34,456 bases of DNA from an uncultured Candidatus Saccharibacteria bacterium (GTDB lineage: Bacteria; Patescibacteriota; Minisyncoccia; Phycocordibacterales; JAACPR01), in the NCBI GenBank assembly GCA_964538855.1, contig CAZIEY010000002.1:219007-253462 (forward strand), given 5' to 3'. The notes under the pieces were generated by a model. That model saw only the letters and a program-made list of their open reading frames with translations. It did no database searches and was not told the origin of the DNA. The translations under genes and the position numbers were made by a program. How positions within the stretch are numbered: the first letter of the stretch is position 1; every line of letters begins with the position of its first letter. Of the stretch, positions 8,731-15,993 are shown one piece after another.

Positions 8731-10498
8731 ATTCTGATTCATTTGAGATTATATGTTCAATAAGGTCAAATATTTTTTCAAAATCCTTAAAATCATCTTT
8801 TGTTCCATTTTGACAAATCCAATCACATAAATTACCCTTCTCATCTTTATTTATTTCCCATTTTTCAGGAATTGTAACATCCACCCCTCTTTCTATTTTT
8901 GTTATCGCACATGTAATATCAATATATGCTTTTTTATTTTCTATGGCTTTTTTCAAGAACGTTTTAGTAAATAAATTTTCAATTCCTTTTGTAACAACAT
9001 TATCTCTTACTGTTGGAATAACTCTTTTAAAGACTTTTCCAGTATTGCTATCTTGTTTATTAGTATCACAATCATATAGTAAGATTACTTTTTGGGGAAT
9101 TATTTCCGATAATCTTGTTTTATTATTGAAATTTCCCCAAATTTTATCCAAATTCCCATACCCAACAACATCACGAATTTCTATTTTTTCTAAAATTTCC
9201 GACTTACTTAGTAATTCACTTGCTTTTGTTATATATCTAATATCATAATCACCCTCAACAAATAGAATTGTTTTTGTTGATTTTGCAATTTGTTCTGTAA
9301 TTTCTTTCTCAAACTTTTCAGTTTCTTTCAAAACCTTGTAAGCATTTTCAAACTCAGAAAACCTTTCTGTTGTTATTAGTTCTCCCTTCGGCATATTTCT
9401 TACTTCGAATCCATTTTCCCCGAAAATCTTTCTCATTCCTAATAGAAACAATGGCGAGTGAGTAGTAATAATAAATTGAATCTTAGGAAATAACTGTACC
9501 AGTTCTGGTAATACTGAATTTTGTAAATCTGTATGCAAATGGACATCTATTTCGTCTATTGCGACTATTCCCTGAATTTGTTCTGTAGTTTTTGGTGGAT
9601 TATCACCATGACGAATAATATTTATAAAAAGATTTAAAAGTATAGATTCGCCCAAAGATAAGTTATCAATACTTGGAAGTAATTCTTGAATCCACTGACC
9701 TTTATCGTTTACTTCACCAATTGACACCCTATATCTTCCTCTTGGGCCAACTCCGAATCTGATGTTGTCTCTCTTTTTAATTTTCCTTAAAATGTTGTTT
9801 ATATTTTGCCACGTAATCCGATCTGTAATATTTTTAGGGTTATTTGTAAAATCCAAAACCAAATCCATTAAAAATGATTTGCTTTCTTGTGTTGATGAAA
9901 TTATTTCGATTTCTTTATTTAATCTTCCCGCAAACTTTTTTTTATCTTGAAATCTCGCGTAATCAACAAATGGTTCATTTTTCCAAAATGGCTCTTCATA
10001 CCTGTATGCCGGTTGATAGAAATGAACATTTTGAATCCACTCATCTTCTAAGTATTCTTTTCTCTCATCATCTATGTTTGTTATTTGTTTTTGGTTATCA
10101 TTTTTATCATTCGGAGATAATACAAAACCTTGAATAAGATTTGCAAAATCTTCCTTTTTTACTTTGCCAATTTTATCAAAATATTCTAAATCTTTATTTT
10201 TATGGTCAATAAACTTTAAAAGAGAAACCCCCTTATCTTTTCCTGTTTGTAAATTTATACCACCTGAAACTTTATAATATTTATACCCGAGTCCCTCCTT
10301 AACCTGAACATCATCAAAGAGTTTTCCTCCAATTTCATACAACCCATCGATAATCTGCGAATGTAAAATTGTCTTTCCGGATCCATTTTCTCCAACAAAT
10401 ATAATGGGTTTTGGATCACCATTTTCCTTAAAAGGTAATTCGATGGCGAGTTCTTCTATTGGTCCAATATTTTTGATTGCAATATTTTTTAAATACAT
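8723..10498 (-). CDS. OLD-family-like ABC-type ATPase with C-terminal TOPRIM-like domain
   Basis: Walker A is VGENGSGKT, the signature-like segment is LSLGES, Walker B is IVAIDEIDVHLH, and the H-loop is ITTHSP. The C-terminal ILFVEGDYDIRY (Glu motif) and LLYDCDTN (DxD) fit TOPRIM/DUF4435. The ORF track starts at a TTG at 10516, but the ATG at 10498 (MYLKNIAIKNIGPI) matches the usual N-terminus of this family. Confidence 0.7.
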   Translation of the reverse strand: MYLKNIAIKNIGPIEELAIELPFKENGDPKPIIFVGENGSGKTILHSQIIDGLYEIGGKLFDDVQVKEGLGYKYYKVSGGINLQTGKDKGVSLLKFIDHKNKDLEYFDKIGKVKKEDFANLIQGFVLSPNDKNDNQKQITNIDDERKEYLEDEWIQNVHFYQPAYRYEEPFWKNEPFVDYARFQDKKKFAGRLNKEIEIISSTQESKSFLMDLVLDFTNNPKNITDRITWQNINNILRKIKKRDNIRFGVGPRGRYRVSIGEVNDKGQWIQELLPSIDNLSLGESILLNLFINIIRHGDNPPKTTEQIQGIVAIDEIDVHLHTDLQNSVLPELVQLFPKIQFIITTHSPLFLLGMRKIFGENGFEVRNMPKGELITTERFSEFENAYKVLKETEKFEKEITEQIAKSTKTILFVEGDYDIRYITKASELLSKSEILEKIEIRDVVGYGNLDKIWGNFNNKTRLSEIIPQKVILLYDCDTNKQDSNTGKVFKRVIPTVRDNVVTKGIENLFTKTFLKKAIENKKAYIDITCAITKIERGVDVTIPEKWEINKDEKGNLCDWICQNGTKDDFKDFEKIFDLIEHIISNESEFN

Positions 10499-10613
10499 AA
10501 AATGAGCATACCACAACTAGCCAAAGTTTAATATCGCAAAAAAGGCAAACCAATCTGTTGCTATTCAATTCGTCAAACTAACCCTTCTCGAGTGCTCGAA
10601 CTAGCTCTCTAAA

Positions 10614-10688
10614 TGGTGACCCTACAGGGAATCGAACCCTGATTTAAGCCTTGAGAAGGCTCTGTCCTAGCCGTTAGACGATAGGGCC
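10614..10688 (-). tRNA. tRNA-Glu (anticodon CUC), CCA encoded
   Basis: The reverse complement reads GGCCCTA-TC-GTCT-AACGGCTA-GGAC-A-GAGCC-TTCTCAA-GGCTT-AAAT-CAGGG-TTCGATT-CCCTG-TAGGGTC-A-CCA. This is a full 75-nt cloverleaf with the GTTCGATTC T-loop and anticodon CTC. Confidence 0.9.
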
Positions 10689-10735
10689 ATGCTACGGGAA
10701 ATAATAGTACCATATTTTGTGGATTTGGGGAGAGA

Positions 10736-10788
10736 AAATAAAAAACCGTGATAGATGGCGTGCTAACGAATGCACGTGTATCTACCAC
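10736..10788 (-). terminator. Rho-independent terminator of the 320-nt RNA candidate
   Basis: Minus strand: GTGGTAGAT...(inner CGTGC/GCACG)...ATCTATCAC stem followed by GGTTTTTATTTT. Confidence 0.6.
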
Positions 10789-11058
10789 AGTTTCGAAAGG
10801 CCTCGGTTGGTACGTGGTTCCAATCGGGGAGTTAGTGGTGCTTTCGCGACGTAATCTCCCTGCAAGGATCTCTCCATAGTACCGTTCGCCACCTTGCCTT
10901 TCCTGGACCTTTTCTGGGGTATCTAATCCCAGATGGATGGTCTTGCAATGAAAGTAGGGACTTCGTGAATTGATAAGTTGCCTTTCCTAGAACGTTATCC
11001 GAAGACAACGACAGGGGGAAAGACACACTCAGAGCAACCTCACGTACTTTCATTTTCC
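10740..11058 (-). ncRNA. Unclassified structured RNA candidate (about 320 nt, promoter-to-terminator unit)
   Basis: The interval lies between murF and tRNA-Glu, and its only ORF is an implausible 73-aa one. On the minus strand it has a promoter (TTGACA-17 nt-TGcTAACGT) and a long terminator hairpin followed by a T-run. Internal helices include a 10-bp AATGAAAGTA/TACTTTCATT helix, a CGTTGTC-UUCG-GATAACG tetraloop hairpin and a GCGAAAGC GNRA hairpin. I could not match it to RNase P, tmRNA, SRP or 6S consensus motifs. Confidence 0.5.
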
Positions 11059-11065
11059 GAATATT

Positions 11066-11094
11066 ACGTTAGCATGACATCAATATAATGTCAA
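11066..11094 (-). promoter_or_regulatory. Sigma70-type promoter for the 320-nt RNA candidate
   Basis: Minus strand: TTGACA (11094-11089), a 17-nt spacer, then an extended -10 TGc-TAACGT (11074-11066). Confidence 0.4.
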
Positions 11095-11123
11095 GCATTA
11101 TTCATAAAAAACCTAAATCACCC

Positions 11124-12386
11124 TTATTTCAAGCCCTCAACCACCCTCTCCATCCCCATCGCGCGACTTCCCTTTATTAAAATGATGCTACCTTTGGTTT
11201 TCTTTTGTAATTTTTGAACTTCATCAATCGCATTTTCAGCAGATTTAAAACAGCGGATTTTTGATTTGTGCAATTTCGCAAGATGCGCCGCTTCTGCCAC
11301 TGCTTCTGCACGAATTCCAATCGTCACCAAATAATCAACCGGGATCTGACCAACAAGCGTACCGATTTTTTGATGCTCGCTATTAGAGAAGCGCCCTATT
11401 TCGAGCATGTCGCCGAGCACCGCAATTTTCAAACCTCGCGCCTCGACTTTTTTCAACGTCACAAGCGCCGCTTGCATCGACAATGGGGATGCATTATACG
11501 AATCATCAATAATCACCGAGCTGTTTCGCCCCTGCACAATATTCATGCGCCCAGGAGCCGGTCGATATGCCCTCATCGCAGCCACCGAATCAGTTGCTCG
11601 AATTCCGAGAGAAACCCCAGCAATCACGCTCGCGATTACCGCGTACGCATAATTATCACCAAGCACTCCGTTCATGCTGAATGGGATACTGTGACCTTCA
11701 AAATTTATCTTGAAATTCAAACCTGTCACCGGTCGATTCACATTTATTTCGTTATACACACAATGACTGTGAGTCGCCACAATATCGGCGCTATTGCGAA
11801 TTCCGTACGTATAAACTTTGCACATTGATTTCGCTTTCAATTTCATCACGTTCGCATCGTCAGCATTCAAAATAAGAGCGCCTCCACGTTCAATGTAATT
11901 AACAATCTTTGCCTTCTCGACCATGACTTGTTCTGGCGAATCAAAATTTTCAACATGCGCAGGAATTTCTCCGAAAGCAGTTACAATCGCAATGCGCGGT
12001 TTGAGCCAACCAGCAGCCGCATCCATATCACCCGGCTTGTCTACACCAATTTCAAGCACGAGCCATGTCGGATAATTCCGCCGAAAAATCGCCACAAAAC
12101 CAAGCCACACGATTTTCACCCACCCCTTTTTATCACTTTGCGCTGATTCGCATCCAATGATGGTGAGTGCCACACCCATCTCGCTATTATAGCTTTTAAT
12201 ATTTTTCCGGACAGAAAATCGCGTACCGAGAGCTTCTGCAACCATGTCTTTTGTCGTGGTCTTGCCCACCGTTCCAGTCACCGCTAAAATTTTTGGGCGA
12301 TGCACAAGAAGAATTATCCGCGCTTCGAGCTTGATGAGAAATGCGCAAAAAGTTTTTATGTAGTCTGTCAGGTGTTCGTATGTCAT
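11124..12386 (-). CDS. murF: UDP-N-acetylmuramoyl-tripeptide--D-alanyl-D-alanine ligase
   Basis: The Mur ligase P-loop is VTGTVGKTTTKDM. SYNSEMGV and DDSYNASP are also present. The gene sits at the end of the mraZ-rsmH-ftsL-ftsI cluster. Confidence 0.9.
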   Translation of the reverse strand: MTYEHLTDYIKTFCAFLIKLEARIILLVHRPKILAVTGTVGKTTTKDMVAEALGTRFSVRKNIKSYNSEMGVALTIIGCESAQSDKKGWVKIVWLGFVAIFRRNYPTWLVLEIGVDKPGDMDAAAGWLKPRIAIVTAFGEIPAHVENFDSPEQVMVEKAKIVNYIERGGALILNADDANVMKLKAKSMCKVYTYGIRNSADIVATHSHCVYNEINVNRPVTGLNFKINFEGHSIPFSMNGVLGDNYAYAVIASVIAGVSLGIRATDSVAAMRAYRPAPGRMNIVQGRNSSVIIDDSYNASPLSMQAALVTLKKVEARGLKIAVLGDMLEIGRFSNSEHQKIGTLVGQIPVDYLVTIGIRAEAVAEAAHLAKLHKSKIRCFKSAENAIDEVQKLQKKTKGSIILIKGSRAMGMERVVEGLK

Positions 12387-14125
12387 GGTTGTTTTGCTTT
12401 TTTGGCTTCTCGATCAGGCGGAATTTCGTAATAGTTTATGAGATATTTGGTGATATTCATAAAACTGTCAGTCAACGTATCAGACGCGAATGCATCCGTC
12501 TGTGGCTCTATTATATACAAAAATACGATAAATTGTGGGTCGAATGCGGGGAAATATCCGAAAAATGAGTGCAAAAATCGGTCATCATAATATCCGCGCG
12601 CGCTTTTGTTTGCGATTTGAGCGGTTCCTGTTTTTGCTGCGATGCTGTAATTTGGCATTGCGACACGCCCTCCACGCAAGGCGGTATCAACAACCTCGGT
12701 CAACATACGGGAAATTTCTTCCGAAGTCTCTTTCTTGAAAATTCGACGAGGTTCTGGAAAATCTACTTTTTTTGAAAAGCCTGACTGATATTCGATTTCG
12801 CGTACGAGATGTGGCGTGACGAGCAATCCCCCATTTCCGAGCGACGCAAGCGCAGTTGTCACCGCGATTGGTGAAAGCGCAATTCCTTGACCAAATGATG
12901 CGGTTGCATATTCAATATCACGCCCGCCCGTCAAATTGGCAATGAGCGACGCAGTTTCGTTCGGCAAATCAATTCCGGATTTTTCGCCAAACAGTCGGCG
13001 CATATAATCACCGAACACATCGTTACCAACCCGCGCCGCCACATTTGCCGCTCCAATATTCCACGAATTATTTAAAACTTGTTGCATCGTAGTAATTCCG
13101 TGCGCCTTTTTGTCGTGATTATAAAAAGTAAAACCGTTAAGCGTGACGGAACCTTTGTCGTCATACGTTGTGTGCGCGGTCACCTTGCCTTGGTCCAAAC
13201 CAATAGCCATCGTAATTGGTTTTATAATTGAACCCATTTCATACACACTTTCGACCAAATCATTCTGATACACGCTCGCGTCCGAAACCATATTAAAAGT
13301 ATTGATGTCAAAATTTGGTACGAGCGCCATCGCTGTGATTTCTCCGGTTTTCGGATCCATGATAATACCACCGACATTTTTGCCTCCGTACTTTTTAATG
13401 AGAACCGCAATTTCTGTTTCCAAAAACTGTTGCACTACTGGTTCAATAGTCAGGTGAAGCGATCCCTTTGCATCGGTAGGCTTTGCAACTGCGTCTTTGA
13501 TATTAGAGAAAATTTCCACGAAAAAGTTCGTGAAGAGATTTTCACTCGTTCGATCAAGTACTGATTCATATTGACGTTCTAAACCGTACTGCCCCTTTAA
13601 TTCGTTCTGATCGTTATATGCCATAAATCCGATGGTGTGTGCCGCCAAATCTGCGCCTGGATAAAATCGCCACTTCTCTTTAAAAAGGCTGACACCCTTC
13701 AACGACTTCTCCGTAATGGTATCTGCGGTTTCCTGACTGACACGTTTAGCAAGCTCTTCATACTGATCATTTTCTTTTTCAGCTTTATATAAAAATATTT
13801 CCGGATCAATTTCAATTTCGCTCGACAATACATTGAAAACATCTTCGGGAAATTCAATTAATTTTGGATTTAAAATAACTTTGTAACCAACCTTCAAAGT
13901 TGCCGCCGCAATCGCAGTACCATCTTTTGAAGTAAAATAAATTGAACCTCGGTCAAACACATCGGATTGTTTGCCATAATATTGATGGTCCGCGCGGTCG
14001 GTGTAATATTCGCGTTTCACCACCTGCACATAATAGAGACGCAATTCAATAATAAAAGCCACAAAAAGTACTGCAATGAGTACTGCGATTAACCTCCATT
14101 TTATCGTAATATTTTGCCTATTCAT
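12383..14125 (-). CDS. ftsI: Class B penicillin-binding protein / peptidoglycan D,D-transpeptidase
   Basis: The three transpeptidase motifs are SIIK (SxxK), SWN (SxN) and KTGT. An N-terminal TM segment is present. The gene lies in dcw-cluster context. I chose the start at 14125 (MNRQNITIKW), which overlaps the ftsL-like stop as ATGAATAG. The ORF track extends to 14179. Confidence 0.9.
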   Translation of the reverse strand: MNRQNITIKWRLIAVLIAVLFVAFIIELRLYYVQVVKREYYTDRADHQYYGKQSDVFDRGSIYFTSKDGTAIAAATLKVGYKVILNPKLIEFPEDVFNVLSSEIEIDPEIFLYKAEKENDQYEELAKRVSQETADTITEKSLKGVSLFKEKWRFYPGADLAAHTIGFMAYNDQNELKGQYGLERQYESVLDRTSENLFTNFFVEIFSNIKDAVAKPTDAKGSLHLTIEPVVQQFLETEIAVLIKKYGGKNVGGIIMDPKTGEITAMALVPNFDINTFNMVSDASVYQNDLVESVYEMGSIIKPITMAIGLDQGKVTAHTTYDDKGSVTLNGFTFYNHDKKAHGITTMQQVLNNSWNIGAANVAARVGNDVFGDYMRRLFGEKSGIDLPNETASLIANLTGGRDIEYATASFGQGIALSPIAVTTALASLGNGGLLVTPHLVREIEYQSGFSKKVDFPEPRRIFKKETSEEISRMLTEVVDTALRGGRVAMPNYSIAAKTGTAQIANKSARGYYDDRFLHSFFGYFPAFDPQFIVFLYIIEPQTDAFASDTLTDSFMNITKYLINYYEIPPDREAKKAKQP

Positions 14126-14435
14126 TAAATGACAATTTTGTGCTTCCGTTTCGTGAGACGAACACTTTCGAAGATTCATCGATGTGTACGAGTCCGAAAT
14201 CAGACGCCAAACTCTTGTCTATTGTGTCATTTTTTTCAATAAAAGAAAGCTCCAATTCGCCGATTCTGGATTGCATTTCCGCGATTTTATCCGACATTCG
14301 TTCCTGTGCAGCCGCATTAAACGCCGCGCTATTCACGAAATATAAATATGTGAATACAAGCATCACCGCAAGCGCGATGAGCATGTGCACAATTGTCTTA
14401 TTCGAGGAATTTATTTTGTTGATGATAAGGTTCAT
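14118..14435 (-). CDS. ftsL: FtsL-like cell-division membrane protein
   Basis: The 105-aa protein has a single N-terminal TM followed by a coiled-coil-like segment. It lies between rsmH and ftsI. The call is by position and architecture only. Confidence 0.55.
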   Translation of the reverse strand: MNLIINKINSSNKTIVHMLIALAVMLVFTYLYFVNSAAFNAAAQERMSDKIAEMQSRIGELELSFIEKNDTIDKSLASDFGLVHIDESSKVFVSRNGSTKLSFNE

Positions 14436-14454
14436 AGTTTTTTAAGGTACTGCT

Positions 14455-15366
14455 TTACATTTTTTCAATGATGCGGAGTTTTGCGCTTCGTGACCGACGA
14501 TTCCCTACTATTTCTTCACGCGTCGGGACTATCGGTTTTTTGTTAATAAAGGTGGCGACTTTTTCTTTGACCAAATCCCGGAAATAATTTTTGACGATGC
14601 GGTCTTCGAGACTGTGGAAGGTGATAACGGCGATTCTTCCCTGCGGTGCGAGTGTTTCAAATGAATCGCGTAGTGCTATTTTCAGTCTCTCCAATTCATT
14701 GTTGACTGCGATGCGAATAGCTTGGAAGGTTTTGGTTGCTGGGTGCGATTTTCCTTTTCGATAAAAGAATGGGACTGATTCGTAGATAATTTTGGCGAGT
14801 TCTGCTGAGGTTTTAATTGGGGCTTTTTCGCGAGCTTCTACAATTGCTGCGGCGATTCGTCGTGAAAAAGTTTCTTCTCCAAATCCGTAGATGATGTCCG
14901 CGAGATTTTCTTCTTCAAAATTATTCACCACATCATAAGCAGTCAATTGTGAGGCGGATGGATTTTTCGAGTACGTCATCATGAGTGGTCCGTCGTGCTG
15001 AAACGAGAATCCGCGTTCTGGATTGTCGATTTCGAAACTGCTGTACCCGAGGTCAAAGATGACTTTATTGATTGATGAGATTTTTTCTGTGGCGAGAACT
15101 TCTTTTACTTCGTCGAAGTACGCATTTGCGAAGATAAATTTGGCAGATGAACCAGCGAATTTTTCTGTGGCTCGATCGCCCGCATCACTGTCGGCGTCAA
15201 TACCAATGACTTTCAAATTTTTCGCACCAGTCTGTGTCGCTGCAAAAGCGTGCCCTGCTCCACCCAAAGTCATATCAACGATGACATCTCCATCTTTGAT
15301 GTCTAACCCATCGATTGTTTCTTTTAAAAGTACTGATTTGTGTTCCATGGTGGTAGTGCGCTGCAA
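14455..15366 (-). CDS. rsmH: 16S rRNA (cytosine1402-N4)-methyltransferase
   Basis: VLLKETIDGL, VDMTLGGAGHA and ITFHSLEDRIVK are the typical RsmH/MraW motifs. A TTG start at 15366 lies 6 nt after a GGAG. Confidence 0.9.
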   Translation of the reverse strand: MQRTTTMEHKSVLLKETIDGLDIKDGDVIVDMTLGGAGHAFAATQTGAKNLKVIGIDADSDAGDRATEKFAGSSAKFIFANAYFDEVKEVLATEKISSINKVIFDLGYSSFEIDNPERGFSFQHDGPLMMTYSKNPSASQLTAYDVVNNFEEENLADIIYGFGEETFSRRIAAAIVEAREKAPIKTSAELAKIIYESVPFFYRKGKSHPATKTFQAIRIAVNNELERLKIALRDSFETLAPQGRIAVITFHSLEDRIVKNYFRDLVKEKVATFINKKPIVPTREEIVGNRRSRSAKLRIIEKM

Positions 15367-15379
15367 GGTACTCTCCGAA

Positions 15380-15814
15380 TTAAATCGCTCCGATTTCTCC
15401 TAACTTCTGCGCCATCTGATCTGCATCCTTCAAAACATTTTTCTTGTAGTCTTCCCATCGATCGTTGTCCCAAATTTCTACTCGGTTGTGAACTCCGGCA
15501 AACACAACCTGCTGTTTCACCCCGGCGAATTCTCGCAAATGATCTGGGATAAGTATTCTTCCGACCGAGTCCACTGCAACTTCGCTTGCTCCTGCGAGCA
15601 TAAATCGATTGAAGCCTCGTGTCCCTGCCTGCCCCATTCCGAGATTGCCGAGCTTACCTGCAATCGTGTTCCATTCTTTTAGTTGGTACATGAACAAACA
15701 GTTGTCCAAACCTCGTGTGATGATAATTTTCTTTCCAATCTCTTTGCGAAATTTTATCGGCAAAGAAATTCGTTTTTTATCATCGAGCGTGTGTTTGAAT
15801 TCTCCGATTAACAT
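15380..15814 (-). CDS. mraZ: Transcriptional regulator MraZ
   Basis: MLIGEFKHTLDDKKRISLPIKFR plus a second DxxGR repeat (VDSVGRILIP). The start at 15814 is chosen by homology to the usual MraZ N-terminus. The longer ORF-track start at 15907 would cover the promoter repeats. Confidence 0.9.
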   Translation of the reverse strand: MLIGEFKHTLDDKKRISLPIKFRKEIGKKIIITRGLDNCLFMYQLKEWNTIAGKLGNLGMGQAGTRGFNRFMLAGASEVAVDSVGRILIPDHLREFAGVKQQVVFAGVHNRVEIWDNDRWEDYKKNVLKDADQMAQKLGEIGAI

Positions 15815-15830
15815 GTGTTTAGTTTTTTGG

Positions 15831-15884
15831 CAATTGTTCCCAGCAATTGTTCCCAGCAATTGCCCTTTTCCCACCCAATCCCAC
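15831..15884 (-). promoter_or_regulatory. Candidate MraZ operator / repeat array upstream of mraZ
   Basis: The plus strand reads CAATTGTTCCCAG CAATTGTTCCCAG CAATTGCCC, a 13-nt tandem of about 2.7 copies, followed by CCCAC at 15870 and 15880. On the minus strand this gives repeated TGGG/GTGGG motifs, two of them 10 nt apart. Confidence 0.4.
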
Positions 15885-15937
15885 TTACCTACTATTCTAT
15901 CCCACAATAGTGCACTTACCTACAAAATTATCCACAT

Positions 15938-15974
15938 AAAAACACCCAGCATTTGCTGGGTGTTTTTGTGTTTT
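15938..15974. terminator. Bidirectional Rho-independent terminator
   Basis: AAAAA-CACCCAGC-ATTT-GCTGGGTG-TTTTTGTGTTTT. The 8-bp GC-rich stem is flanked by an A-run and a T-run. It lies 20 nt downstream of the 15994 stop on the minus strand. Confidence 0.7.
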
Positions 15975-15993
15975 ATTCTATGTAAATAATGCC

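Noticed and set aside
8723-10498. Calling the ATPase a Gabija GajA or a retron-associated effector
   Set aside because: There is no adjacent UvrD-like helicase (GajB), no reverse transcriptase and no msr/msd-like element. Only the generic OLD-like architecture can be supported.
10517-10613. Island attachment site or tRNA-derived direct repeat at the right island boundary
   Set aside because: Apart from the short word AACTAGC occurring twice and a weak TCGA/TCGA hairpin, I could not find a repeat of the tRNA-Glu 3' segment or an att-like imperfect palindrome. The other island end lies outside the window, so no call is possible.
10832-11053. 73-aa minus-strand ORF inside the murF-tRNA-Glu gap
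   Set aside because: It has no SD and an odd Arg/Trp/Pro-rich composition. It runs straight through the helices of the structured RNA candidate, so it is most likely a chance ORF in an RNA gene.
10740-11058. Assigning the 320-nt RNA to RNase P RNA, tmRNA, SRP RNA or a T-box
   Set aside because: GAAGUCCC and CAGGAAAGGCAAGGUGGCGAACGG look vaguely like RNase P CR-I and J11/12. The P4 partner (ACAGAA..GGCUUA) is absent, and the GAAGUCCC segment sits as a bulge inside a closed hairpin. There is no TPsiC-like arm, CCA-terminal acceptor or tag frame for tmRNA. GGUCCAGGAAAGG only loosely resembles SRP domain IV. There is no T-box AGGGUGGNACCGCG. Only a covariance-model search can settle this, so I left it unclassified.
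11268-11828. Long antisense ORFs inside conserved genes (for example 11268-11828, 22708-23370, 15023-15403 and 25813-26217)
   Set aside because: These are shadow ORFs opposite well-supported genes (murF, mreB, rsmH, rseP). Their compositions are biased (Arg/Ser/His-rich) and they have no start signals.
15831-15865. The tandem 13-nt repeat as a CRISPR array or minisatellite
   Set aside because: There are only about 2.7 contiguous copies with no spacers. It is far too short for CRISPR, and its position in the mraZ promoter favours an operator.
15815-15907. N-terminal extensions of mraZ (to 15907), holB-like (to 27964), fmt (from 32467), ftsI (to 14179) and the second mreB (to 29284) in the ORF track
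   Set aside because: The extensions cover promoters, terminators or repeats, or overlap neighbouring genes. They add residues not seen at the N-termini of these conserved families. Internal starts align with the canonical N-termini.
15928-15936. Perfect DnaA box TTATCCACA, and the gene-strand polarity switch at about 29.29 kb, as signs of a replication origin
   Set aside because: A single 9-mer is expected by chance at about this frequency in a window of this size. There is no cluster of boxes, no AT-rich DUE and no dnaA/dnaN nearby. The strand-switch intergenic region is only 56 nt and is fully explained by two promoters.
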